DNA of 64,000 nucleotides. It comes from Spirochaetaceae bacterium (GTDB lineage: Bacteria; Spirochaetota; Spirochaetia; DSM-2461). This document shows positions 40,089 through 48,808 of this stretch, piece after piece. The stretch covers positions 64,001 to 128,000 of the forward strand of contig JAOPTT010000001.1 in the NCBI GenBank assembly GCA_051531975.1, in the 5' to 3' direction. Both the position numbers and the translations under genes were made by a program. Below the pieces are notes generated by a model, which ran no database searches, was not told the DNA's origin, and saw only the letters and a program-made list of their open reading frames with translations. Positions within the stretch are counted from its first letter, which is position 1. Each line of letters starts with the position of its first letter.

Positions 40089-42236
40089 TTACTTTATCAA
40101 GAATGTATAAGCACCATTCCAATTAGCAGGAGGTGGATTGTTTTTGAAATTGATGCATCTATCCAGGAATATTTGAGAAGCATAATCGAATGGAAGGATT
40201 TCAAGACATTCTCTAAATAGTTTAATTGAATCGTCCCAATTTTTAGAAAAATATTGGTCTAATGCGTTATTATATGTTTTTAGAATTTGCTGTTTACTTG
40301 TCTTTATATTTGTTTCATTTGAATTAAAAACTTCATATATGGTTTCAGGGTTGTCCTTACCTTTAACATTTACATAGTCTAATTTTCTCCAAAGTATTGA
40401 GCTATCTTCTTTAATAAGTGCCCAGGTGGCTGAGCTTATTATAATTTGAACATTATATTGCTTTGTTAAACTTTCCAAACGTGCTGCCAAATTTACAACA
40501 TCTCCTAAAACTGTAGAATCCATTCGTTCGTTAGATCCAACGGTCCCAATAATCACACGACCACTATGAATACCAATACCTGTTTTTATAGGAACAGCAC
40601 CATATTCAAGTCTTTTTTGATTATATTCGTGTAGACAATCTTGCATCTCAATAGCCGCATGAACAGCACAATTTGCCTCTTTTTCTGAACCATCCTCAGA
40701 GAGGTCGAAAAGAGCCATAATTGCATCACCAATAAATTTATCAATAAATCCTCTATTCTTATGAATTGGTCTGCTTAACCTCTCAAAATAGGCGTTTAGA
40801 AAATCTAATACATCTTTAGGTTTCATGTTTTCAGTAAAGTTTGTAAATGAACGAATATCTGAAAACAACACACTAATAAAAGCACTTTCTGCATTTCCAA
40901 GTTTTATACTCTCGATTCCTTTTTTTCCAATCCGTGCCATAAAGTTTGGAGGAACAAACTTCTGAAATGTTTCAGCATATATTTCAATTTTTGTATAAGC
41001 TTTAGAAAACCGAAGAGAAAGAAAAAATGATTGAAATAAAATAAATAGAAACGTACCTAAAGGAACTAAGCGAAATGGACTAATAGGTATTTGATAAATA
41101 AATAATATATCGTGAATAAAAGTAATAACAGGTAGTATTAATCCTAGTATTATAACAATAGCACCTTTCTCTTTTTTCATCGATGTCCCAATTAAAAGAA
41201 ACAGTATGTAAAAACATAATAAGGTAAAATATATTTGATAGAAAAAAGCAAACTTTGAATAAAAGTTAATAGTTGAAACCAGGGTTAATAATGCAAATAT
41301 TCCGCCAATAACTTTTACAGTTGGAAGGATACGGTTCCGGAGGAAAGGACGATAAAAAATTGAATCTACGAATGCTATCCATAGCGGTGGAATTAAATAT
41401 AGTGTTAGGTATTCAACCTTTCTAGCAATCTCCCAATTTAGCGTAGGATAAATAGATACTAAAAAATCTTCACCTTTAATCAATATTCTAAGGCAAATAA
41501 GCAGACAAATAAATCCAAAATATAGAGGGCTCTTGTCTTTTTTACGTAGAATATAAAGTCCAAAATGATAAAAAGCCATAATAATAATGCTACCAAAAAG
41601 TGTCATCTCGAAGGCGAGTTTTTGTCTCATGTTCTGTATTATTTGCCTTTCTTCTCCAAATTCGATATATGACCATGGGCCACCAAGCCTATGGTTATAG
41701 TTAGAAACATTCAGAGTTAGTAGTTTAATGTTTTGTGATAAATCAACAGATACGATATCAGAAGAGTGTTGTGGAACCATTAGTTTTTTTTCTTTTCCAA
41801 CAACACCACTTTGAGAAATTTTTTCCCGATCGATCCATAGTGTATAGGCAGAACTTTGCTCATCTAACTTTAGGGCATACCTTTTACTGGATTCTGGGAA
41901 AATAACCTTCAGTCTAAAGGTAGCATACCCATAACTTCCTAGTTTTTCTCCATTTATTTTATAGTTATTCCATTGTCCTGGTAAATTATAATAACCTTGA
42001 AGCATGGGTTTTGAAGTAGATTGTATCTCAAAGTCCATTGGCACTAATAATTGATCCCAATAGAACTTCCATTCTCCATTTAGTTTTACAACTCCATCAT
42101 TTATAAAATCCCAATCTGAAAGGTCGAGAACACCTTTTATGGCTATTGGCTGAGTTTTTTCTGAATATTGGTTTTGGCAGGAAAATAGAAACAGAAATAA
42201 TAAAAAAGCTATTAAATAAAATCGATGCTTCATCAC
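40089..42236 (-). CDS. Class III adenylate cyclase with 7TM-DISM-like sensor region
   Basis: GVLDL..WDF…LNGEW.FYW extracellular domain, seven hydrophobic helices, FSDIRSFT, DKFIGDAIMA, TVLGDVVNLAARLE. Confidence 0.9.
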   Translation of the reverse strand: MMKHRFYLIAFLLFLFLFSCQNQYSEKTQPIAIKGVLDLSDWDFINDGVVKLNGEWKFYWDQLLVPMDFEIQSTSKPMLQGYYNLPGQWNNYKINGEKLGSYGYATFRLKVIFPESSKRYALKLDEQSSAYTLWIDREKISQSGVVGKEKKLMVPQHSSDIVSVDLSQNIKLLTLNVSNYNHRLGGPWSYIEFGEERQIIQNMRQKLAFEMTLFGSIIIMAFYHFGLYILRKKDKSPLYFGFICLLICLRILIKGEDFLVSIYPTLNWEIARKVEYLTLYLIPPLWIAFVDSIFYRPFLRNRILPTVKVIGGIFALLTLVSTINFYSKFAFFYQIYFTLLCFYILFLLIGTSMKKEKGAIVIILGLILPVITFIHDILFIYQIPISPFRLVPLGTFLFILFQSFFLSLRFSKAYTKIEIYAETFQKFVPPNFMARIGKKGIESIKLGNAESAFISVLFSDIRSFTNFTENMKPKDVLDFLNAYFERLSRPIHKNRGFIDKFIGDAIMALFDLSEDGSEKEANCAVHAAIEMQDCLHEYNQKRLEYGAVPIKTGIGIHSGRVIIGTVGSNERMDSTVLGDVVNLAARLESLTKQYNVQIIISSATWALIKEDSSILWRKLDYVNVKGKDNPETIYEVFNSNETNIKTSKQQILKTYNNALDQYFSKNWDDSIKLFRECLEILPFDYASQIFLDRCINFKNNPPPANWNGAYTFLIK

Positions 42237-42467
42237 CCTATACTTTCTCCTCGATATTATATATCAGACTTCTCATACTAATATTGTAGCTTACTTTATA
42301 CCAAATACAAGTTTTAGGTTAAAATAAAGTAAAAACATACCCTCAATATAGATATCATCGAAGAAGTATCAGAATCCTGGAAAGCCATATCTATTGTCCT
42401 TTATTCCAGCCTTAATTTTCAATATTTCTTTATTAGTAACAGATACTCCTTTCTTTAAGAATACTAT

Positions 42468-42518
42468 TGTATACAGAATTATATTTTAATTGCTTTTTTG
42501 TCTCTTTAGGTATACACT
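42468..42518 (+). promoter_or_regulatory. Promoter of the gntR2-epimerase operon with TGTATACA boxes
   Basis: TTGCTT-N17-TACACT (42490-42518); TGTATACA at 42468-42475 and GGTATACA at 42509-42516 over the -10. Confidence 0.65.
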
Positions 42519-42547
42519 GTCCATAATTCCAGGAAAAAGGAGATATT

Positions 42548-43222
42548 ATGAACGGAGAAAAAAATAGAACATCATATGAATATCTCAAAGATTTGATTCT
42601 CGGGTTCCACATAAAACATGGGCAGAGGATAACTGAAGTATTTCTTTCAGAGAAAATGAACTTATCTAGAATTCCTGTAAGAGAAGCTATTCAGCAAATG
42701 GTATACGAAGGATTTATTGAACGTTCAGAAAAAAATGGATATCAGATTAAAGAGTATAACGAGCAGGATATAATAGACTTATATAACTATAGAGAAGCTA
42801 TGGATGGAATGTTAGTAAAATTGTTTACTGGGAGGGTTGATGAATCCCAACTCTACTTCCTAGAGATTAATGTGGAATCTATGTCTGAGATATTACAGGA
42901 TTTTGACAGAAAAGAGTTTTCAAAGATAGATTTAGAGTTTCATAGAATAATTGCAAGAGGTGCCCGGAACCAGTATATGGAGCATCAACATGAAATTATC
43001 TTAGAAAAAGTTTTATACGTTGCCGAGCTTATGTATAAGGTTGCAGAAGAGAAAAAGATCAACTTATTAGACATAAATAGTTATAAGAATACATACTTAC
43101 AACATAAAGCTATTCTGGAATCTATTAAAAAACGTGATCCTGAAAATGCCGAAAACTTTGCTCGAGAGTCTGTTAGAGAGGGGCTTAAAAAAAGCCTATT
43201 AATACTATCTAAACATCGTTAA
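42548..43222 (+). CDS. GntR-family regulator with FCD domain (copy 2)
   Basis: Close paralog of 39367-40044. Confidence 0.92.
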   Translation: MNGEKNRTSYEYLKDLILGFHIKHGQRITEVFLSEKMNLSRIPVREAIQQMVYEGFIERSEKNGYQIKEYNEQDIIDLYNYREAMDGMLVKLFTGRVDESQLYFLEINVESMSEILQDFDRKEFSKIDLEFHRIIARGARNQYMEHQHEIILEKVLYVAELMYKVAEEKKINLLDINSYKNTYLQHKAILESIKKRDPENAENFARESVREGLKKSLLILSKHR

Positions 43223-43244
43223 TAAATATAGGAGAAGGATATTT

Positions 43245-44414
43245 ATGGATACCAATACTATAAAAAAACTTAAAGAATTTTATAATAACGAACTACTTAA
43301 TAATGTAGTTCCATTTTGGCAAAATAATTCTGTAGACTGGGAATATGGCGGTTTTATGGATTTTCTAGATAGAGAGGGTAAAACACTATCAACTGATAAA
43401 GGTGGTTGGGTTCAAGGACGAGCAGTTTGGATATTTTCAAACCTATATAGGGATATAGAAAAGAGAGATGAATGGCTAAAAGTTGCAGAAAATGGTGTGA
43501 AGTTCATTAGAGAACATCTAATCAGAAAATCTGACGGAAGGGTTTACTTCGAAGTTACTAGAGAGGGTAAACCCCTGTTAATGAGACGTTACCTGTTTTC
43601 TGAACTATTTGCAGCTATGGGTTTAGCAGCATACTCTGAAATATCCGGGGACAGACAGGCTCTTGATGAAGCAAGAACTCTATACTCAACTATAAATAAT
43701 CTAATGGATAAAATGCCTTCAAAAATTGATGTAAATACAAGAAAGTTCAGAGGACATTCCATGACTATGATGTTAATAAACCTCTGTCAGGTTATGCGAG
43801 ATGCGGATATGGAAAGAGCATCAATTTATACAAAACAAATAGATATCCAGATAGATGAGCTTTTTAAATACTTGGTTAAACCTGAGCTAAAATGCCTTCT
43901 AGAAACCGTTGATGAAAATGGAGACCAAACTGAGGGTCCTGAAGGTCGATGTGTAAATCCGGGGCACGCTATTGAAACAGCATGGTTTATATTAGAGGAA
44001 GCAAAGTTACGTAACGATGATGAATTAATTAAGAAGACACTGCTAATTATAGACTGGTCTTTAGAGTTAGGTTGGGACAAAGAGTATGGAGGGATTTTTT
44101 CTTTTGTTGATATAGAAGGAAAACAACCAGCACAAGTTGAGTGGGATATGAAATACTGGTGGCCTCACTGCGAAACCATATATGCACTATTACTAGCCTA
44201 TGATCTGACTAAGGATAAAAAATACGAAGATTGGTTTAATAAAGTACATGATTATACCTGGGATAAATTTCCGGATAGAGAGCATGGTGAGTGGTTTGGA
44301 TATTTAAGACGGGATGGTTCTGTTCAAGTAGATCTGAAAGGAAATCACTTTAAAGGGCCTTTTCATATACCAAGGTTTTTAACAAAAGTTTCAACTTTAT
44401 TAGACAGTATGTAA
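43245..44414 (+). CDS. N-acylglucosamine 2-epimerase (AGE family, Bacteroides NanE-type)
   Basis: K..W.QGR, PGHAIE.AW, K.WWPH.E, GEWFGYL.RDG, KGPFHIPR. Confidence 0.88.
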   Translation: MDTNTIKKLKEFYNNELLNNVVPFWQNNSVDWEYGGFMDFLDREGKTLSTDKGGWVQGRAVWIFSNLYRDIEKRDEWLKVAENGVKFIREHLIRKSDGRVYFEVTREGKPLLMRRYLFSELFAAMGLAAYSEISGDRQALDEARTLYSTINNLMDKMPSKIDVNTRKFRGHSMTMMLINLCQVMRDADMERASIYTKQIDIQIDELFKYLVKPELKCLLETVDENGDQTEGPEGRCVNPGHAIETAWFILEEAKLRNDDELIKKTLLIIDWSLELGWDKEYGGIFSFVDIEGKQPAQVEWDMKYWWPHCETIYALLLAYDLTKDKKYEDWFNKVHDYTWDKFPDREHGEWFGYLRRDGSVQVDLKGNHFKGPFHIPRFLTKVSTLLDSM

Positions 44415-44417
44415 TAA

Positions 44418-44445
44418 AAATCCCGGATAGAAATCTGGGGTTTAT
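44418..44445 (+). terminator. Terminator-like hairpin after the epimerase
   Basis: CCCGGAT-AGAA-ATCTGGG followed by GTTTAT. Confidence 0.6.
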
Positions 44446-44526
44446 ATGGTTTACTATATCCTCTAACAAGAACTTAGTTGTGTAATATCGAAAGTGGTAT
44501 TATTATTTATTGAAGCTGAGGTATAA

Positions 44527-44889
44527 ATGTTTAGATTATCATATAAAATCATGTTACTTTTCACCATTCTTGTCACAATTGCAGGAATAATTACACTATT
44601 CCCAAGTAGCGCAGCTAATTATCCTAATTTAATAGGATATAAATCAGTATGTACATTTACACCTGCAGCAACATTTTTTTGTTTTTTTATCGCAGGTTTA
44701 AGTTGTTTTATACGTTCAACATTCATAAAAGACCAAAGTGGTAGTAAAACTGAAAGGTTTCATAGACATAAAAAAAGTCTGATCGCACTTAGTTTGGTTT
44801 TTATTGTTGCATCTCTATTTACATATAAATACATTGAAATAAAAACACCATATATAGATGGAACGGCAGCAGCTAGTTTTGAAATTTAA
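44527..44889 (+). CDS. Small Cys-containing membrane protein, hypothetical
   Basis: GAGG RBS, three hydrophobic segments, NLIGYKSVCTFTP. Confidence 0.7.
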   Translation: MFRLSYKIMLLFTILVTIAGIITLFPSSAANYPNLIGYKSVCTFTPAATFFCFFIAGLSCFIRSTFIKDQSGSKTERFHRHKKSLIALSLVFIVASLFTYKYIEIKTPYIDGTAAASFEI

Positions 44890-44903
44890 CAAAGGGAGAT
44901 AAT

Positions 44904-45368
44904 ATGAGCAACAAAAGGGAAGCTATAGATACATTCTTATCTGTAAAAAAGTTTGCAATAGCAGGGGTATCTAGGAACGAAAATAAAACAGGTTCTGCTT
45001 TTTTAAAAGAGTTAACAGGAAAAGGTTTAGATGTTGTAGGTGTTAATCCACATATGAAAGTGATACATGGTAAACCATGTTTTCCATCTGTTTCAGAACT
45101 ACCTGATGGTATTGAGTCTATACTTACAACTGTAAAACCAGAGCAGACACTTTCCATTGTAAAAGAAGCGTATAAAAAAGGTATAAATAATATATGGATG
45201 CAACAGGGTTCTGCTTCGCCAGAGGCTATTCAGTTTGCAGAAAATAACAAAATGAATGTAATCTATAAAGAGTGTATCATGATGTATTGTGATCCAGTGA
45301 AATCAGTTCATAAGTTCCACCGTGGAATTAAAAAAATATTTGGTGGTTACCATAAGGCCTTAGCCTAA
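44904..45368 (+). CDS. CoA-binding protein (YccU-like)
   Basis: AIAGVSR, VNP, IWMQQG, ECIMM. Confidence 0.85.
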   Translation: MSNKREAIDTFLSVKKFAIAGVSRNENKTGSAFLKELTGKGLDVVGVNPHMKVIHGKPCFPSVSELPDGIESILTTVKPEQTLSIVKEAYKKGINNIWMQQGSASPEAIQFAENNKMNVIYKECIMMYCDPVKSVHKFHRGIKKIFGGYHKALA

Positions 45369-45398
45369 TAAGCAGGGATTGTTGATTAGTTGAAAGGA

Positions 45399-46142
45399 TT
45401 AATTAACATTCCACGGCATGAGTTTTTTTTCTACAACATCTAATAAACCGTATAGTCCTAATCCAGTTAAACTTAACATAATAATCCCAACATACATTTG
45501 AGGATAATCGATCATTACCCAGCTATTCATAATATAATAACCAATACCATAAACTGTTGCGAAGTTTTCGCTAAAAAAAAGTACAGACAGACTGATTCCA
45601 ATACTTATACGAATTGCAGATAAAATAGCAGGCAGTATCCCAGGTAGTGTAATTTCAAAAAGTATCTGCTTTTTATTTAATAAAAATATTTTTGATAAAT
45701 AATCATATTCCTTAGGTAACTGTTTTGTTCTATCCCTAACAGCAATAGTAATAGGGAAAAATAATATTGTACTAATAAGAATAATCTTTGGTGTATTTCC
45801 CAAGCCAAATAGAACCATTAAAATAGGTAAAAAAGCGATCTTAGGAATTGGATATAATAGGTATAATATAGGAGAAAACAGGGAATTTAATTTTTTTATT
45901 TTTGCTGTTATTATTCCGATGGGAATTCCAATAGACAGGGAAATTAATAAACTACATAAAATACGCAAAATACTTACAAAAAGATGTAAAAAAAGAGTTC
46001 CTTTACGAGCCTCAAAAAGCAGCTGTTTTAAAACTACAATAGGTGAAGGTATTATTGGTTTATTGATAATAATGAAAAACAGAAACCACACAGATAATAT
46101 AACCAGTATACCAAATAAAATAGACCTTTTATTCATAAGCAT
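45399..46142 (-). CDS. NitT/TauT-family ABC permease
   Basis: PIPKIAFLP, LFGLG, LPGILP, G.GYYI. Confidence 0.9.
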   Translation of the reverse strand: MLMNKRSILFGILVILSVWFLFFIIINKPIIPSPIVVLKQLLFEARKGTLFLHLFVSILRILCSLLISLSIGIPIGIITAKIKKLNSLFSPILYLLYPIPKIAFLPILMVLFGLGNTPKIILISTILFFPITIAVRDRTKQLPKEYDYLSKIFLLNKKQILFEITLPGILPAILSAIRISIGISLSVLFFSENFATVYGIGYYIMNSWVMIDYPQMYVGIIMLSLTGLGLYGLLDVVEKKLMPWNVN

Positions 46143-46842
46143 TAGCCTCTTTCAAAGCCTGACGAACACTGCAGCAGACATCAAAAAATGATGAATCACT
46201 CCGGGAGTTCTTAACATGGTAACTAGGGTTATCAATCTCTTTCAAGATTCTTTTTTGTTCCATTATTAAAATTCTTTTACCAAGATAAACAGCTTCTTCT
46301 ATGTTATGAGTAACAAGTATAAGTGTTAAGCCAAGGGCTTCAGCGGTCTTCTTTAGTTGATCTTGTAATTGTTCTTTAGTTATCTCATCTAAAGCGGATG
46401 TTGGCTCATCTAAGAGCAGTAGATCAGGATTGTGGATTATTGTTCTAGCTAGAGCCGCCCTCTGTCTTTGACCACCACTTAATTGTGATGGAAACTTATA
46501 GGCCTGATCCTGAATATTATACATTTTAAGTAAATTATTTGCTTTCTCTTTGTTACTTTTATTCTTTTTAAAACCTAATAAGGTATTGTTAATAATATTT
46601 TTCCAAGGAAGCAGCATATCTGTTTGGAACAGTAACCCCTTCTTCATAGATAAATCATTAGTAGTGATAATAGAGCCAGAGGTGGGTTTTAAAAGTTCAG
46701 CAAGTAGATATAAAAGAGTTGTTTTTCCACAGCCACTGGCTCCTACAATGGCTAAAGATTCACCTCTGTTTACACTAAAGTTAACGTCCTGTAGAGCTTG
46801 TTCATCGTCATACCATAAGTTAACATCTTGAAGTTTGATCAC
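46129..46842 (-). CDS. NitT/TauT-family ABC ATP-binding protein
   Basis: GASGCGKT, LSGGQRQR, DEPTSALD, THNIEEAV.L. Confidence 0.93.
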   Translation of the reverse strand: MIKLQDVNLWYDDEQALQDVNFSVNRGESLAIVGASGCGKTTLLYLLAELLKPTSGSIITTNDLSMKKGLLFQTDMLLPWKNIINNTLLGFKKNKSNKEKANNLLKMYNIQDQAYKFPSQLSGGQRQRAALARTIIHNPDLLLLDEPTSALDEITKEQLQDQLKKTAEALGLTLILVTHNIEEAVYLGKRILIMEQKRILKEIDNPSYHVKNSRSDSSFFDVCCSVRQALKEANAYE

Positions 46843-47735
46843 TATTTAATAAATCTGGTATCAAACAGATCCTTATTTGATAGTTCTATTTTTTTATTAG
46901 TAATTTTTGATGTCCACTCTATAATTTTTTTAGTGAATTCTGCACTTGGAACTGAAGGATTAGTATAAATAGGCAGTTCAATAGAGTCTTTAATTATTGG
47001 TGGTATATTTGGGATTGAACGAATTAAGACTTCCCTAGCTAAATCTGGGTTTTTCTGAAGTTCTAATACTGCCTCAGCATAAACTGAATGAAATATTTTT
47101 ATAGATTTCTTTTTATCTTTTAATGACTGGCTAGTAAAAACCAAAATATCAAGGCTTTCTTCTGGTATGCCTTGATATGTTTTTTTAATTAAGCCTTTTA
47201 ATACACCTATTGAAGCTAATGGTTCAGGGAACAGTCCCATATCAATGTGGCCTGCGGCAACAGCTTCTAACCGTGTAGGAATAGCATTAATAAATACTTT
47301 AGAATAATCTTGATCCTTCATATATTCTGAAACTAGATAATTAGAAACACTAACTTCCATCATTCCAATTTCTGGTTTAGTTTTAAGATCATATTTTGGG
47401 TTAATTAGCAGTGGAAACGATCCGTTTGTAGATAAAGTTCCTTTAATTGGAAACCCAGCTGCAACATTACTTATTAGAGCAACCATATCTGTCATTGCTG
47501 CATCTATACTATTAGTCTGGAGAGCTGTTTGTCTATTTTGGGCATTTGTAAAGATAGTGAACTCTACTTCTATCCCCGCTTTAGTAAAAAGCCCTTGTTC
47601 ATGGGCATAAAAAAACGGTGCGATATCTACAGCTGGCATTAGTCCAACTTTTAATGTCTTATTATCAGCATTGTTATTACAAGAAGTTAATACAAATACC
47701 AATGTTAAAAGTAATACTATGTTATTTTTTTTCAT
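46842..47735 (-). CDS. NitT/TauT-family ABC substrate-binding lipoprotein
   Basis: Lipobox LTSC, LKVG.MP..D.AP, G.F…G..VE, PEP.AS. Confidence 0.85.
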   Translation of the reverse strand: MKKNNIVLLLTLVFVLTSCNNNADNKTLKVGLMPAVDIAPFFYAHEQGLFTKAGIEVEFTIFTNAQNRQTALQTNSIDAAMTDMVALISNVAAGFPIKGTLSTNGSFPLLINPKYDLKTKPEIGMMEVSVSNYLVSEYMKDQDYSKVFINAIPTRLEAVAAGHIDMGLFPEPLASIGVLKGLIKKTYQGIPEESLDILVFTSQSLKDKKKSIKIFHSVYAEAVLELQKNPDLAREVLIRSIPNIPPIIKDSIELPIYTNPSVPSAEFTKKIIEWTSKITNKKIELSNKDLFDTRFIK

Positions 47736-47871
47736 TTAATTTAATCCTATATATTTTTATTTATTTCTGTAAAAAAACTATAACACAATCTTATTGATAA
47801 TAGGAATAGAATGTTCAGATTGATTGCCTGAAGAACAATAATATGAAATACTTCCCATATAGGAGATTCCC

Positions 47872-48786
47872 TTGAATATAAAAAAATTACTGGTTTTTGG
47901 TAAAATGTATTTTATTGCTCTAAGACCCTTTTCATTAACCCTCGCTTTAGCTTCCACGACCTATGGAATTCTAGCTGCATTTATAAATGGTTTACTTTTT
48001 ACAGACCGTATATGGCATGATATATTATTAATTATCTTAATTACTGGTGCAGGAATCGCTTCTCAAGCCGGAGCGAATCTTATTAATGACTATTTTGAGG
48101 GAAGTTTTAAATATAACAATACTTCTACTAAAACACGAAAATTTCTTGGTAGAGAAAGAACTTATTTTGATATATTTGTATTTATGTCCGGTATAGCAGC
48201 CCTTGGTTTAGCAGGGTTAGTTGGTATCTATCTGATATATATAACGGATCTGTGGATGTTGGTAATTGGTTTAATAGGTTTAATTGGGTCATATGCTTAT
48301 ACTGGAGAGCCATTTGTATATAAAAGGAAAGCTTTAGGTGTACCTTTATCATTTATCTTAATGGGACCTCTTATGACCTTGGGAGCATATTATGCTATTA
48401 CGGGAAGTTTTTCATTAACACCGATGTTATTAAGTCTGCCTGGGTCACTACTTATTCCAGCATTAATGGTTAGTAATGAACTACGGGACTTTAAACACGA
48501 CGAAAAATTTAGCCTTGGAACCTTAACTGTTTTAATAGGAAGTTTTTGGAGTAATCGGCTATTTGAGTTCTTAATACTAACAATGTATGTTTTAACTATA
48601 ATATTTGTAATTATTGGTTATTATCCCATTTATGCACTAATTTCCCTACTAACGATTCCAGTGGCAATAATAGCTTGGAACCGTGTAAGAAAATCAAAAA
48701 ACCTGAGTATTCCATCAACAAACAGGCTTCATTTATGGTTTAATACAATAATCTTAGTTAGCTTAATAATATCTATAACAATATAG
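47872..48786 (+). CDS. menA: UbiA-family prenyltransferase, DHNA prenyltransferase-like
   Basis: RPFSL, N.INDY, YT..P..YK..ALG, NELRD..HD…TL. TTG start with AGGAG. Confidence 0.75.
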   Translation: MNIKKLLVFGKMYFIALRPFSLTLALASTTYGILAAFINGLLFTDRIWHDILLIILITGAGIASQAGANLINDYFEGSFKYNNTSTKTRKFLGRERTYFDIFVFMSGIAALGLAGLVGIYLIYITDLWMLVIGLIGLIGSYAYTGEPFVYKRKALGVPLSFILMGPLMTLGAYYAITGSFSLTPMLLSLPGSLLIPALMVSNELRDFKHDEKFSLGTLTVLIGSFWSNRLFEFLILTMYVLTIIFVIIGYYPIYALISLLTIPVAIIAWNRVRKSKNLSIPSTNRLHLWFNTIILVSLIISITI

Positions 48787-48808
48787 TTAATTCAAATTAT
48801 TATATAAA

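Noticed and set aside
42300..42460. Coding-like intergenic stretch with a 24-codon minus-strand ORF (MAFQDSDTSS…) after AAGGA
   Set aside because: No recognisable homology and stops in the longer frames; could be a gene remnant but cannot be supported without a search.
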